Assembly (NCBI GenBank): GCA_030390025.1
Contig: CM059425.1
Span: forward strand, 171,370,001-171,434,000
Source: Squalus acanthias
Taxonomy: Eukaryota
Direction: 5' to 3'
DNA: 64,000 nucleotides
Shown here: positions 12,315 through 23,899 of the stretch, piece after piece
Position numbering within the stretch: position 1 is the first letter of the stretch
Layout of the letters: each line of letters begins with the position of its first letter
Notes under the pieces: generated by a model
The model's database searches: none
What the model was told of the DNA's origin: nothing
Seen by the model: only the letters and a program-made list of their open reading frames with translations
Translations under genes and position numbers: made by a program

Positions 12315-13533
12315 GCTCAGGATTTCGTACATAGCAGAGCAGCGATAGGTTGAAGATTAGCCATAATCTTATTTTTTTTTATTCGTTTATGGGATGTGGG
12401 CGTCACAGGCAAGGCCAGCATTTATTGCCCATGAGAAGGTGGTGGTGAACTGCCTTCTTGAATCGCTGCAGTCCGTGTGGTGATGGTATTCCCACAGTGC
12501 TGTTAGGTAGGGAGTTCCAGGATTTTGACCCAGCGACGATGAAGGATCGGCGATATACTTCCAAGTCAGGATGGTGTGTGACTTGGAGGGGAACTTGGAT
12601 GTGGTGGTGTTCCCATGCGTCTGCTGCCCTTGTGCTTCTAGGTGGAAGAGGTCGCGGGTTTGGGAGGTGCTGCCGAAGAAGCCTTGGCGAGTTGCTGCAG
12701 TGCATCTTGTAGATGGTACACACTGCAGCCACAGTTTGCCGGTGGAGGGAGTGAATATTTAAGGTGGTGGATGGGGTGCCAATCCAGCGGGCTGCTTTGT
12801 CCTGGATGGTGTTGAGCTTCTTGAGTGTTGTTGGAGCTGCACTCATCCAGGCAAGTGTAAAGTATTCCATCACACTCCTTACTTGTGCCTTGTAGATGGT
12901 AGAAAGGCTTTGGGGAGTCAGGAGGTGAGACACTCACCGCAGAATACCCAGCCTCTGACCTGCTCTTGTTGCCACAGTATTTATGTGGCTGGTCCAGTTA
13001 AGTTTCTGGTCAATGGTGACCCCCAGGATGTTGATGGTGGGGGATTCAGCGATGGTAATGCCATTGAATGTCAAGGGGCGGTGGTTAGACTCCCACTTGT
13101 TGGAGATAGTCATTGCCTGGCACTTCTGTGGCGCGAATGTTGCCTGCCACTTAACAGCCCAAGCCTGAACGTCGTCCAGGTCTTGTTGCATGCGGGCACG
13201 AACTGCTTCATTATCTGAGGAGTTGTGAATGGCACTGAACACTGTGCAGTCATCAGCGAACATCCCCATTTTTGACCTTATGTTGGAGGGAAGGTCATTG
13301 ATGGTTGGGCCTCGGACACTGCCCTGAGGAACTCCTGCCGCGTTGTCCTGGGGCTGTGATGATTGACCTTCAACCACCACAACCATCTTCCTTTGTGCTA
13401 GATATGACTCCAGCCAGTGGAGAGTTCCCCCCCCCCCCCACCACCCCCCCGATTCCCATTGACTTCAGTCTTACTAGGGCTATTGAATGGCTCGAAGGGC
13501 TGTATGGCCTACTCCTGCTCCTAGTTCTTATGG
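12315..13533 (+). mobile_element. Short CR1 3' tail split in two (~12315-12370 and ~13482-13533) by a LINE insertion
   Basis: gaagattagccataatctt|attgaatggctcgaagggctgtatggcctactcctgctcctagttcttatg reassembles into a CR1 3' UTR once 12371-13481 is removed. Confidence 0.6.
12371..13481 (-). mobile_element. CR1-group LINE 'family B' (clade not resolved), 3' 1.1 kb
   Basis: ORFs 12934..13386 (GVPQGSV..FADD) and 12403..12933 (LSTIYKAQVRSVMEY..); poly-T at 12371; same family as 43742-46448. Confidence 0.9.
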
Positions 13534-13798
13534 ATTAGTTTAAACCCTCCCCCACAGCACTAGTTAACCTACCCACAAGGATATTGGACTCAGTTCTGTT
13601 CTGGTGCAATCTGTCCATCTTGAACAGGTCCCTCCTGCCACAGAACTGGTCCTAAAGTCCCAGGAATCTGAAGCACTCCCTTCTGCACCATGTCTCTGGG
13701 CACGTATTAACATCTAGACTGAATTATTATTTTGCTGTGGAAAGACAAAGCTGTTCTGTACACATGGATTCCTTTTTTACACCAGGTAGAGTCTTGAG

Positions 13799-13929
13799 CA
13801 ATGCTCTCTTTAAGCTGTGCGGCTGGAGGTCTGAAGGTCCCGCGCAGCTGGCTTTTAAATAGAAAAACCACGCTTATGGAGTATTTTGAATGGGCCGTGC
13901 GCCCCCCTAAAAAATTACAGGGAACATTG
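13799..13929. mobile_element. hAT-type MITE, same family as 10116-10280, opposite orientation
   Basis: TIRs caatgctctctttaa and ttacagggaacattg; 8-bp TSD gtcttgag/gttttgag (1 mismatch). Confidence 0.75.
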
Positions 13930-14244
13930 GTTTTGAGCTCAACTTGTCTGGTTAAGACCAGGGTTGCTTTCCATGGTCTGGTAGAAATCCTTTCAACTGA
14001 ATTTTCCAGAGAGAGAAGAATAAAACAAAATACACAATATTGATGCGTGATGCTTTTTCCAGAGAAACATAATCAACAAAATCAAAATCAATGTTTTCTA
14101 CGACTGTAATCAGTTAAACTGTAATAATGTGCGATTAACATGACTGCTGATGTGAAAACAGTGTTGTGGTAATAACTGCAAGAATGAGTCACCTTGCTTC
14201 GAAGTGCCTTTGTCCACACTTCAGCACTCTTTATTTATATAACT

Positions 14245-14583
14245 ACAAAAATGAGAAGTCGCACAACACCAGGTTATAGTCCAACAGTTTTATTTAAAAT
14301 TACGAGCTTTCGGAGCTCCGCTCCTTCTTCAGGTACAGGTACAGTGAGGGAATACAAATCGATTACACCGTATATATACACAGAGAACAATGTGTCTGCA
14401 GAGATACAATCTGTTAGGGAGGCATCGGTGTAATCGATTTGTATTCCCTCACTGTACCTGTACCCGAAGAAGGAGCGGAGCTCCGAAAGCTCGTAATTTT
14501 AAATAAAACTGTTGGACTATAACCTGGTGTTGTGCGACTTCTCATTTTTGTCCACCCCAGTCCAACACCGGCATCTCCGCATC
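14245..14583. mobile_element. Palindromic Penelope-like terminal-repeat insertion (family P2)
   Basis: 126-bp inverted arms 14245-14370 and 14426-14551 with one mismatch, plus a ~30-bp extension on the right; 13-bp direct repeat atataa(c/t)tacaaa at 14237-14249 and 14584-14596; hammerhead-like motif in each arm. Confidence 0.75.
14301..14336 (-). ncRNA. Putative minimal type I hammerhead ribozyme
   Basis: Minus strand reads guac-CUGAAGA-a-ggagc-gga-gcucc-GAAA-gcUC-gua: conserved core, 5-bp stem II, palindromic AGCU stem III and a short uac/gua stem I. Confidence 0.6.
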
Positions 14584-15060
14584 ATATAATTACAAATATG
14601 AAGTAATTCACTTTTTCCCCCCTTCTCGATCTCGAAGTCATCCCATCATTTCCCAGTCTCAGAGCAGACAAGTAATCTTTTCCCATGCCTTTAGCAACTG
14701 CTCTGGACCCAGCCAAGTGATAAAGAGAGCAGCACAGCATGTCTTGACTGCTGCAATTCTCCATAACTTTCAACTTCTTAAAAGTGTCAAAATGCAGTGC
14801 AACATGCAACACATGACCAAAATAGGAAGATCCAATGTGCTTGTTGATTAACGCTTTTAATCAAGAACAAAGAGTGTCAAGCAACAGCTTAATCAGTTTA
14901 TCCAGTGAGTACCTGTACCATACAGATCAGGGTTTTCCTGTTCGGAGTTAAATGATTTCAGATGGGGTAGTGTTAGTGGCATTACGATCCCTTGGGAATC
15001 CACTAAGCATAATAGCACACAGATCCATATAATCGGAGTTCCCCTTAACAGTCAGTGCCC

Positions 15061-15332
15061 AAAGTCAATCTTGCAAAGTTTTACTTCACGGGTTGGCCGC
15101 TGGGTGGGGCTCCTGTCCCACCCAGCTAAAATCATGTGGGGGTCCTAATCACATTATTGGCCCCCCGATTTGCATGCATTTATGAGGCATATACCTGTTT
15201 CCACGAGTCTCAGCCACCTAAATGAAAGGAGCAGTTAAAATGGTGGCGAGGACAGAACGGGCCGGTAAGTCAAATCGCTCGATTTTAGTCCCCGTCCCAT
15301 TCCCGCGGGGCGGAGTGGATTAAAATTGACCC
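15061..15332. mobile_element. Degraded small MITE (Harbinger-like end)
   Basis: Right end aaaattgacccc and a degenerate left end aaagtcaatctt; GC-rich subterminal regions. Confidence 0.4.
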
Positions 15333-18300
15333 ATAAGAATATTACAGCCCATCAAGTCTGCACCAATGTTTCTCTCCATCTGAGCCATTTAGTGTAATCC
15401 TACTGTACTGCTCACTCACAATACCCCTGAATATTAATAGGCCATTGGGGATGGCCAAGTGTGCCTCTTTCCCAGGTTTTCTTTCTTTACCTGTATTTGT
15501 CTCTTCAGAGTCTTCCTGGCTGTGAGCTCTCCAAGTGTTAAATTGTAGCCTATAGAAATAACAATGTCATGTAAGTGGCCTGTTCACTTTAGAACCTCTT
15601 CTGGATGCAGGCGGTATCCCATGACCTTGGCATGGATGTCATTGGCTACTCCCTGGATATTTTCCTCATTGACTCCTCCCCTGAAATGTAGTGCTGTGCT
15701 ACTGTCGATTTTCCATCTATAATCATATGCCTCATTATTTTTATCTGTAATTTTACTGGACTTGCAATTTTACTGTGAGCTTGCGTAATCTCACAATTAC
15801 GTTTCACTGGCGTGATATCAAATTGGAATATTACTACTCCTTATCTCCTGTAGTTGTATGTTGAGTTATTTACATTGGGGGTACGCGAATGGCAAAATGT
15901 CTCAAAGCCATTTCATCTGGAATACATGAGGCACGAATTTAGTCACCACTCTCAGAAGCAATGTGACAGATTATAAACTATGCAGTGGGACAGGATTGAA
16001 GTCATGGTGGAGAGCAAGAGAAATTATGAAGTGCAACTCAGGTAATATGTTAATAAGAGGAAAGAAATGTGGCAAATTATAAAAGCATTCCAAAAAGAAA
16101 TAAATATGCAGGACCACAGGGGGATGGGGGCGGGTGTGTGGGGGCGGGGGAAGAGAAGCCAACAATAGAAGGTCGGATGCATCAATTATTATGGGGTTCC
16201 ATGGCATTAAGTGTGTCCACAAAGGGAGAATTAAACAGCAGGGCCTTTTTTGGTGATTAAACCATCCATCTTAGAATGCTCCAAGTTAAGAATACAACAA
16301 CAGATGGATGAAAGGGAGTTGCAGTTCATTCACCGTGACTACTTAACGCAGTAAAATTAGTTCACTGTTGCTATTGCAGCCTGTACTCAGAACAATGTTT
16401 CATTAAAGTGAGAAACGGACGCAAAGAGGAAAAAAGTAGATTTAGAAAATTATGTTCAAAGTTGAGTGGATTTTTGACTTTATTTTGCATCCTCCCTGGT
16501 TGACCAAACAACAAACCATCATTTATTTGGAATGAAACTGTTTCTCTAGTAACAAGTTTGAATGTGAAGAGGCACTATGAAACGAAAGAATCTAAAAGGC
16601 TCACTGCTTTGTAAGCAGAATATAACTTGCATGCAAGCTACTGTACATGCACAGCAAAACACTTATGAAATGGCCCATGACTGAGGCTACATTACAAGTG
16701 ACTTGGGTTATTGGTCAAAAAATGGCTCCATTCTCAAACTCAGATGATGAAAGAATGCATAATAGAAGCTGCTTTCACACTATTGCCAGAACAATAAAAT
16801 GTTTTGGAAAATTTTCAAAGGATTTTCCCCTATCAAACAATTCAATTGCTCAGTGATGTGATGTGCTAGCAGTGAATGCAGTTGAAAAATGTAACAGCAA
16901 CATCAGAATAGTTGAATGGATTTCAATTCTACTTCATGAATCTGTAAACATTGATCATGTTGAGCGGGTATACAAGTCAGTTCACTTTTTCAATGCCAAC
17001 ACATTAGTTGAAGAATTGCATACTCTTTTTCCCATGATGGACTGTAGTCATGATGAATATCTGTATGAGACTCTGTTTCCATGCAGTTGCATAAAATACC
17101 AGTAAACAACTTCACTGTGCATGGTTGGCACACTAGCAATGGGGGCAACCAGAAAGGATTCATGAAGTAAATCTATTATTTACATACTACTGCATTACCC
17201 TGTCAATTTGTTCATTATTCGAAGCTTTGGCAAGGTGACGATTGTGGTAGCCAATTTATGGTAAATTGTCATTTCAACATCGGCAGTTCAAGACTTAAGT
17301 ACAATAAGGTGAATCTGAACTTGACTCCTATGGTTCCTATGTCGAGCTCTTTTAAAAGTAACATCATGGATGGAGATGGGACTGGTGGGATGATGTTACC
17401 CACCAGAATCCCTGCCAGTCCCGCTGCTGTAATGAAAATCGCCTTTGTAGAAGAAAAAGGGCCAAAGTCCTCCTCTTTCCTCTGCTGGCTCTACTTCAAA
17501 CACTTGCCAATGCTGCAATTTGCAGCTCCCCCACCCCATAACCAAACAAGGGCCCAGATGTGCCCCAAATGTTGTGGGCAGCAGCCACTTTATGTAAATA
17601 CCTTTGTCCCTGAGGACTGCGACGAGTTGGGGCGCGCAGGGCCAGTAAACACAAGTTCTAATGCATCATGGTTACAGCAAGAAATGCATCGTGGATTTTT
17701 CGGAACCGGTGTTTTTAATGCACAATTCAACCAACAGATTCCCTAAGCTGTGCGTAAATTTCAATATATTCATATTGTGACAGCTAAGTGACTTTGCTGT
17801 GCAGAACCTGAATAAATACAGACAAAATCTTGTCTAATGACATGAAAGGTTATCAGTGCTGCCAAATAACCATACCTTACCCATCAGCTCTTAATGAATG
17901 GCAATTATATCAATAATCTAGCCACAGTACAGGCTCATCCGTCTCTTTGCTTTGAGTCTGTCACAGGTAGGAAACATCAAAGCTGCTGGCATAGGAACCT
18001 TGAGAATCCATAATCATTTCTGATGAGGAGATAGCCGGGGATGAAGGACTAATTTGGGAAAAACACATGAAGGTGGCTTGCAATCCAATTAGCACTTTAG
18101 TTGCAATTAAATGCAGAGGTCTTATTATTCTGTAGCGATTTCCCTTTGATCACATTTGTTCAAATTGACTGATCTTAAATCAGCCATTTTGATTTCTGTC
18201 TATAATTAGCACAGTTCATTATAAATATCCACCTGACTTGGTACAAATAGCCCTTTGCCTTTCTGGTGATTCTCCTTTGAGATGCAGTCACTTTGGCGAC

Positions 18301-19591
18301 TATCACATCTTTCAGCCTTTTAAATACTGAGATCAGTTCAACTAAATCAAATAGGAAATAAAGCTGACAATAACCCTTTGGGCTGACTTCTAATTCCCAA
18401 AACAAGAGAAATGGGTCTTGTTTGTCGGAATGTAAGGTTAATCAGGGATCCAAAGAGAACACTCTTGGTGGGTCTTTTATTAATTCAGACAAAATCTCCT
18501 TCTACCTCTCTGAACACATTACAAAAATGCATCGTTTGACTATTTCTTTAACCTTTGCACTGCCTCAATTGGTGATTATTTCTTAACCCCGTCCTCTCCC
18601 CCAGCTAGACAAGCTATATTAGCTACTCAAGGGCAAATTTGTTATACAGGACTTTAAAACATTAAATGGATCAATTGAAACATCTGCTGATTGGATAGAA
18701 TCATGGACCCCATCAATATTAAAAGGGGTAAGCGGAGGGGGAAAGGATTCCAGTGCACTGCATCCTCTCAACTACTTAGCAAAAGAGGCAATTTCCTTCC
18801 TATTTGAATTTGACATTTCTGCCCCTGATAACAGGCAGGAGCTGCTTTCAGACCTCCAGAAAAATCCTCTTGGGGGCCAGCCAGGAAACAACAGTCATCC
18901 CATGATGACACCCACCCATTTGATCTTCACTCTCACTTGCACAAAGAAACGATAACCACAGCTCAGTATGGCAGAGATTGGAAACTGAGTGCAGTGGAAT
19001 AATGAAAGCTGCAGCCTCCCACTCCATGGCACGACCTGTTAGTGCTTCACTGCAGCCAACCCACCATCCAAAGGTCTTCAGTTATCTTGGATTTTAAGCT
19101 TATTCCAGCCTTCTGGAGATTGCCATTTTCACTTTTCATAAGTTCTTCCCTCTACATTTCCCTTCTCCTTCAAGTATCTTCCTTAGAAGTTTCAAACTGA
19201 ACATGACCACCATAAAACCGTTTAGGAGACAGAAATGGCTGACTGCTAGCTAATTACAAAAGAAATAAAGTTTTACAAATTCCAGAAAACCTCCTGGCTT
19301 TTTGTGGAACCATGCAATCTGCAAAATGATTGCCATGTTAGCATACATTAACGACAGACAATGAACTATGAAATCATTCATTCTTCGGGAATTGTTCTGA
19401 GACACATGATTTTGTGCTATATAACAGCTTTACTGTTCTTTTGTGGCAGTTTGGGTGTCACAGTGTAGTTGTGTAATAAAATGTATAGGATTTGATGTTG
19501 CTGTGTATTACTACTGTATGAGAGTCAGAGAAAGAGAGCGAGAGATAAAAGGAGTTAGATAGACAGAAATAAAGACAGAAAGAGAGCCAGA

Positions 19592-20390
19592 ATGCCCCCA
19601 AAGTACTTTATATCCATGAATTACCATTGTAGTCACAGTTGTTACATAAGTAAACTGCACACAGCAAGATCCCACAAAAACGGCACCCCATCCACCACCT
19701 TAAACATTCACTCCCTCCACCACCGGCGTATCGTGGCTGCAGTGTGTACCATCTACAAGATGCACTGCAACAATTCGCCAAGGCTTCTTCGGCAGCACCT
19801 CCCAAACCCGCGACCTCTTCCACCTAGAAGGACAAGGGCAGCAGGAGCCTGGGAACACCACCACCTCCAAGTTCCCCTCCAAGTTACACAACATCCTGAC
19901 TTGGAAGTATATCGCCGATCCTTCATTGTCGCTGGGTCAAAATCCTGGAACTCCCTCCCTAACAGCACTGTAGGAGTACCTTCACCACACGGACTGCAGC
20001 GGTTCAAGAAGGCGGCTCCCCACCACCTTCTCAAGGGCAATTAGCGATGGGCAATAAATGCTGGCCTTGCCAGCGATGCCCACATCCCATGAACGAATAT
20101 AAAAAAAATGAGATGAATGAGCAATTAATCTGTTTTTTAGTGGCAAAAGCTGAGGAATAAATGTTGGCTAGGGCACTCTTGGCAATCCTCCTCTACAAAT
20201 AGTGCCATGGGATCTTTTATGTCCATCTGAACAGGTAGACATGATCTTGGTTTAATGTTTCATCTAACAATGCATACTCCCTCAGTACTACACTGAAGTG
20301 TCAGTCTAGATTAAATCCTGGCGGTGGGATTTGAACCCAGAACCTGTTGATTCACAGGTGATATAGCTCCCAAATGGTCCAAACTAGCAC
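19592..20390 (-). mobile_element. DeuSINE-type (AmnSINE1/SacSINE1-like) SINE split by a LINE fragment
   Basis: Reverse complement matches the copy at 38640-38990 (aaaagatcccatggcactat; tgtgggatcttgctgtgtgca); B-box-like gggttcaaatccca near 20330. Confidence 0.7.
19681..20108 (+). mobile_element. LINE family B 3' fragment nested in a DeuSINE
   Basis: GTPSTTLNIHSLHHRR..HHLLKGN*, followed by the 3' UTR and A-tail. Confidence 0.9.
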
Positions 20391-20759
20391 TGGAGGATTG
20401 GATGGCACCTTGTAGGCATTACTTTGAGACTGCAAGTCATTGTTCTGCTAATGTCACAAATAATAGGGCAAATCTGCTTATAATAATTGTTGATGGGCAC
20501 AAGTGTTTCACTTGTTTTTTCAGAGAGGTTCTGCAAGAGACAAGATGACTTAATTTATCAAAACTATTGTTGAGGCTGAGATTTGCGTTTTTGTACAAAT
20601 ACTTGCTCTTCCCCTTCCTTGCTCTATCCTTTTTTGTTCTTTTCCTCTCTCCCTCTGGAGAAAAGCCTGGCAATTGGTTGACCTTCTCCTAAAGTGGTAT
20701 ATCTGAGTTTGGGAACTCTGCAGGAAAAATGCCCTGAGAATTGTTTTAAATGTGTCTTC

Positions 20760-20932
20760 AAAACAGATTATCTGGTCATTATCTCATTGGTGTTTGTGGG
20801 AGTTTTCTGCGCACAATTTGGCTGCCGCGTTTCCTACATTACAATAATGACTACACTTCAAACGTATTTAATTGGTTTTAAAGAGCTTTGGGACATCCAG
20901 AGATTGTGAAAGATGCCATATAAATGCAAGTC
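20760..20932 (+). mobile_element. DeuSINE 3' half
   Basis: aaaacagattatctggtcattatc..ggctgccgcgtttcctacattacaa..gctttgggaca..gtgaaagatgccatataaatgcaagtc; matches 38820-38990. Confidence 0.75.
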
Positions 20933-21311
20933 AAACTGAATGCTTGGAAAGGAAAAGGTTAATGCTAATTCAACAGTGATTGCTAAAATATAAGCAAAAC
21001 CTTTCTTGCCAGGGATAGACAACAAGCCATTAAGACCAACAGGCCCATAAATGTCCTGCCTTTTCTGGAGCGATTGCCAATGCCTTTGTTAGCAAAGACC
21101 TGAGGAGCTAGAGAGTAAACAGGGGACCTGGGATCTCTAGGTGCTGGTGCTTCATTGATTTGGTGATCATCAACAGTACCAACAGGGTTGTGCGAAACAA
21201 TTGGCATCAGAAGAGCTAAATTATTCCACCATGTGCCACTCAGATTGGTCAATCGAATTAAAGAGATTTCTTTGAAAATTAAGGACATATATGATGGCGT
21301 TTTTGACACTA

Positions 21312-23854
21312 AGGCCACAATCTCGCAAGCCGTGGCGAGTTCGGTGCGGCCGGAGCAGACAGCGGCCGCAAACTCCACACCCGTCTTCTTCCCGCCTCTT
21401 CTGAGTGATTTTCCCGATGGGGCTTGTTAAGCCCGCCCTGTGAGGTTCCCGGCCAATTAAAAGGAAGCGGGTCTGATGACGTCATCTGATGCGGGTCCCT
21501 TAAAGGGACCATGTCCACATTTATTTTGACAGTTGTGCTGTCACTGTTCTACAGCACTGAGGTGCTGCAAACACTGACAACCACTGCACACAGGTGCACG
21601 GCTGCACCCAGGCTCTCCCATGACTCCCTCCATATGCTTATGGAGGGAGTCACAGCGCGCAGGGAGGTTCTCTTCCCTTCCAATGGGCGGAAGACACCTC
21701 TCCAGGAGATCAACGCAGCCTAGTTGCACATTGCACAGGAGGACACAAACAGGGGCCCAGAAATTCGGGTCCCCACGGGTGAGTACGCACTGGGTACTCA
21801 CCCGTAGGGCCACTGGAAGTGCCGGATTCGTGCATGCGCTGTGCATGCACGGGAAACCGGAACTTCCGGTCTCATGAAGGAAGGGGTTCGCGGGTCAACC
21901 GCGTGCGCAGGAGAGGCAGCGCGTACGCAGCGAACTTCAGCTTTTTTTTTTAATACAGGTTTCTCCGTGCGGGTAAGTCCCGAGCAGCTGCGCGTGGATA
22001 AAGCAGGCGCAAGGCCTGCTTTTAACAAGGTAAGTGGTGAATTAAGTAAAATTAAAACATTTTTTCCACAGGTTTATCTTTAAATACTTTAAAGAAAGGT
22101 AAGTTTATTTTTAGCCCCGTTAAAAACTGTAATTCATTTTTTCAAAAATTTAAATTTTTGTTTAAAATAGTTATTTTATGTAATTTATAGTTATTTTAAA
22201 AATGTGATGTTTTTTAAAAAAATTATTTGAAGTTTTAGTTAGGTTTTGGGGCCGATCTCTATTCATAGATTTGACAGGTCTTCCTGTCAAATCTATGAAT
22301 GGAGATTTCCTGCTCCGATTGGCTCCCCATGGCCCACGTGATCCCAGGGGATGCTTCGAACTAGTTGCGCCGCTGGGATCCGCAAGCACTGCACACCGGC
22401 AGCTGGAGGAGGCCCAGGATCGGAATCCCACGCGGGCCCACAGCACAACGGCAGGCGCGCTATGTAAGTGCACCCGCTATGCTTGCACCCGCGGGAAGCC
22501 TCCGACCCGAATTTCTGGCCCAGGAATATTGTCAGGAGGATCAGGCTACAATGGCGCAAACTTTTCAATGATCACAGTAGATCACGAAACATTACTGCAA
22601 AGCCACTCAACTTCATCCTGCTGTGCCACTCATCACATCCCTATCACTCTGCCTTCCCTACCCTACTCCTGCACATCCTTACTCACACCAACTTGCCTTG
22701 CACCTCCATCCATCCCTCACTATCTACATTATCACTTCCCCATCTCACTAGCCACCCCTCACACTCACCCTCATCCTATTCCAATCATAACAACTAACAA
22801 CACACAAGGGGAGGCACTTGGGTGTTTTAGCCAATGGTTGTGTAAACTTTCTTTTAATGTGTTGCCAAGCATTGAAATCCGTAGCGTCACCACTTTGCCT
22901 TCTTGGACAGTTTTGTATGCACCTTTGGAAGTGGCTTAGTGAGTTGCAGTGAATGGTGAGACATAATGTCGCCCCCCACAATGGTGATGATTGTGAAAGG
23001 AATGGCTTGGACATTGTAGGGATGCTGTATGGTGCTGGTGTGGGGTGGTGCCAACCTGGTGCATCATGTGGCAGCCAGGGTGTTCAGTGTTAAGTGAAGC
23101 TAATCTGGACATGGTGAGGCCATCGCTGGCGTCCCGAGCAGCAATGTGCACAGGTGATGATGCCCTGTGTCCAGTGCAGCATCAGTTGATTGTGGAGAAG
23201 GTTGGTGTGTATGTTGGTGCTGCTGGTGTGCCCGGTGATGTTGGTGTTGGGGCTGATCGTGTTGGGATTCTGAGGACCAAGGTGAGATTTTTTCAAAGGC
23301 ACCGATGCTGATGGAATAGATGGCAGGTGAGGTTGAGATGACAGAACTAATCTGTCAATGTGGAGATAGGTTGTTCCAAGGAGGTGACAGTGGATAGAGA
23401 GATTACTCCAAACACTTCAAAAGTGACATAAAGCTCAAAAGTGGGTTCTAAATACTGAAGGCTGAAGCTTCTGAGTTTGGAAAGTGACCAGCTGTAAAAT
23501 GGCAGGTTTTAAACCACTTTAGCAGCTGTCACCTATTGAAAGAAATGGAGAGTTGTTCGGAACCCGGCATATTTACCTGGTGTGATCCCCGAGTGATGGG
23601 AACCTCGTGGAAAACTTGGAAAAATGCTTTGGAACTGGGAAAATGGGGATTTAATTACTTTAAACACCTTCCTAACAAGCACAATTGAATAACCTGCCGC
23701 TTAGTGCCGTGTCTGCAAAGCGCAGGCACAACCGGCACTTGGGAAACTGACAAGGAGGTGGGTTCAGAGCAGGGATACCGGCCCACTGTCAATCTTTTGG
23801 ATTTTGACAGCGGACCCGCCTCCAAACCCGCCCTCTGAGCGCCGGCAAAATTCA
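21312..23854. mobile_element. Non-autonomous PIF/Harbinger element, copy 2 (Myb relic retained, transposase internally deleted)
   Basis: Colinear with 6490-8455; Myb relic APRLSHDSLHMLMEGVTARREVLFPSNGRK (21511..21723) continuing NIVRRIRLQWRKLFND after the nested MITE; right TIR truncated at gcaaaattca; left boundary uncertain. Confidence 0.8.
21754..22521. mobile_element. Harbinger-type MITE (768 bp) inserted in the Myb ORF of copy 2
   Basis: 18-bp TIRs ggcccagaaattcgggtc and gacccgaatttctggccc (1 mismatch); TSD AGG (21751-21753, 22522-22524), supported by the empty site in copy 1 (cacaagcAGGgatgtcgtcagg); CpG-rich. Confidence 0.9.
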
Positions 23855-23899
23855 TTACTAACGTTCAGTCTTTAGTTCTCAGTCTTATCCTTAGTTCTT

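Larger units (their letters stand above)
8460..13710 (-). mobile_element. Long degenerate CR1 LINE (ORF1 end, APE endonuclease, RT, 3' UTR) with several nested insertions
   Basis: APE motifs NAQCVVNKVGELE..AITETWL..NIPGYKVSRKDR (11823..12185); RT motifs NYRPVSLT..DVVYMDF (10394..10780); tail repeat atagaatcatagaa at 8460. Confidence 0.9.

Noticed and set aside
16863..17746. 80-aa and 162-aa ORFs in unique-looking DNA
   Set aside because: No domain similarity; the second overlaps a small GC-rich hairpin (~17378-17422) that is probably a MITE remnant.
22271..22939. 222-aa ORF
   Set aside because: It spans the MITE/Harbinger junction in GC-rich sequence and has no recognisable domain; a chance ORF.
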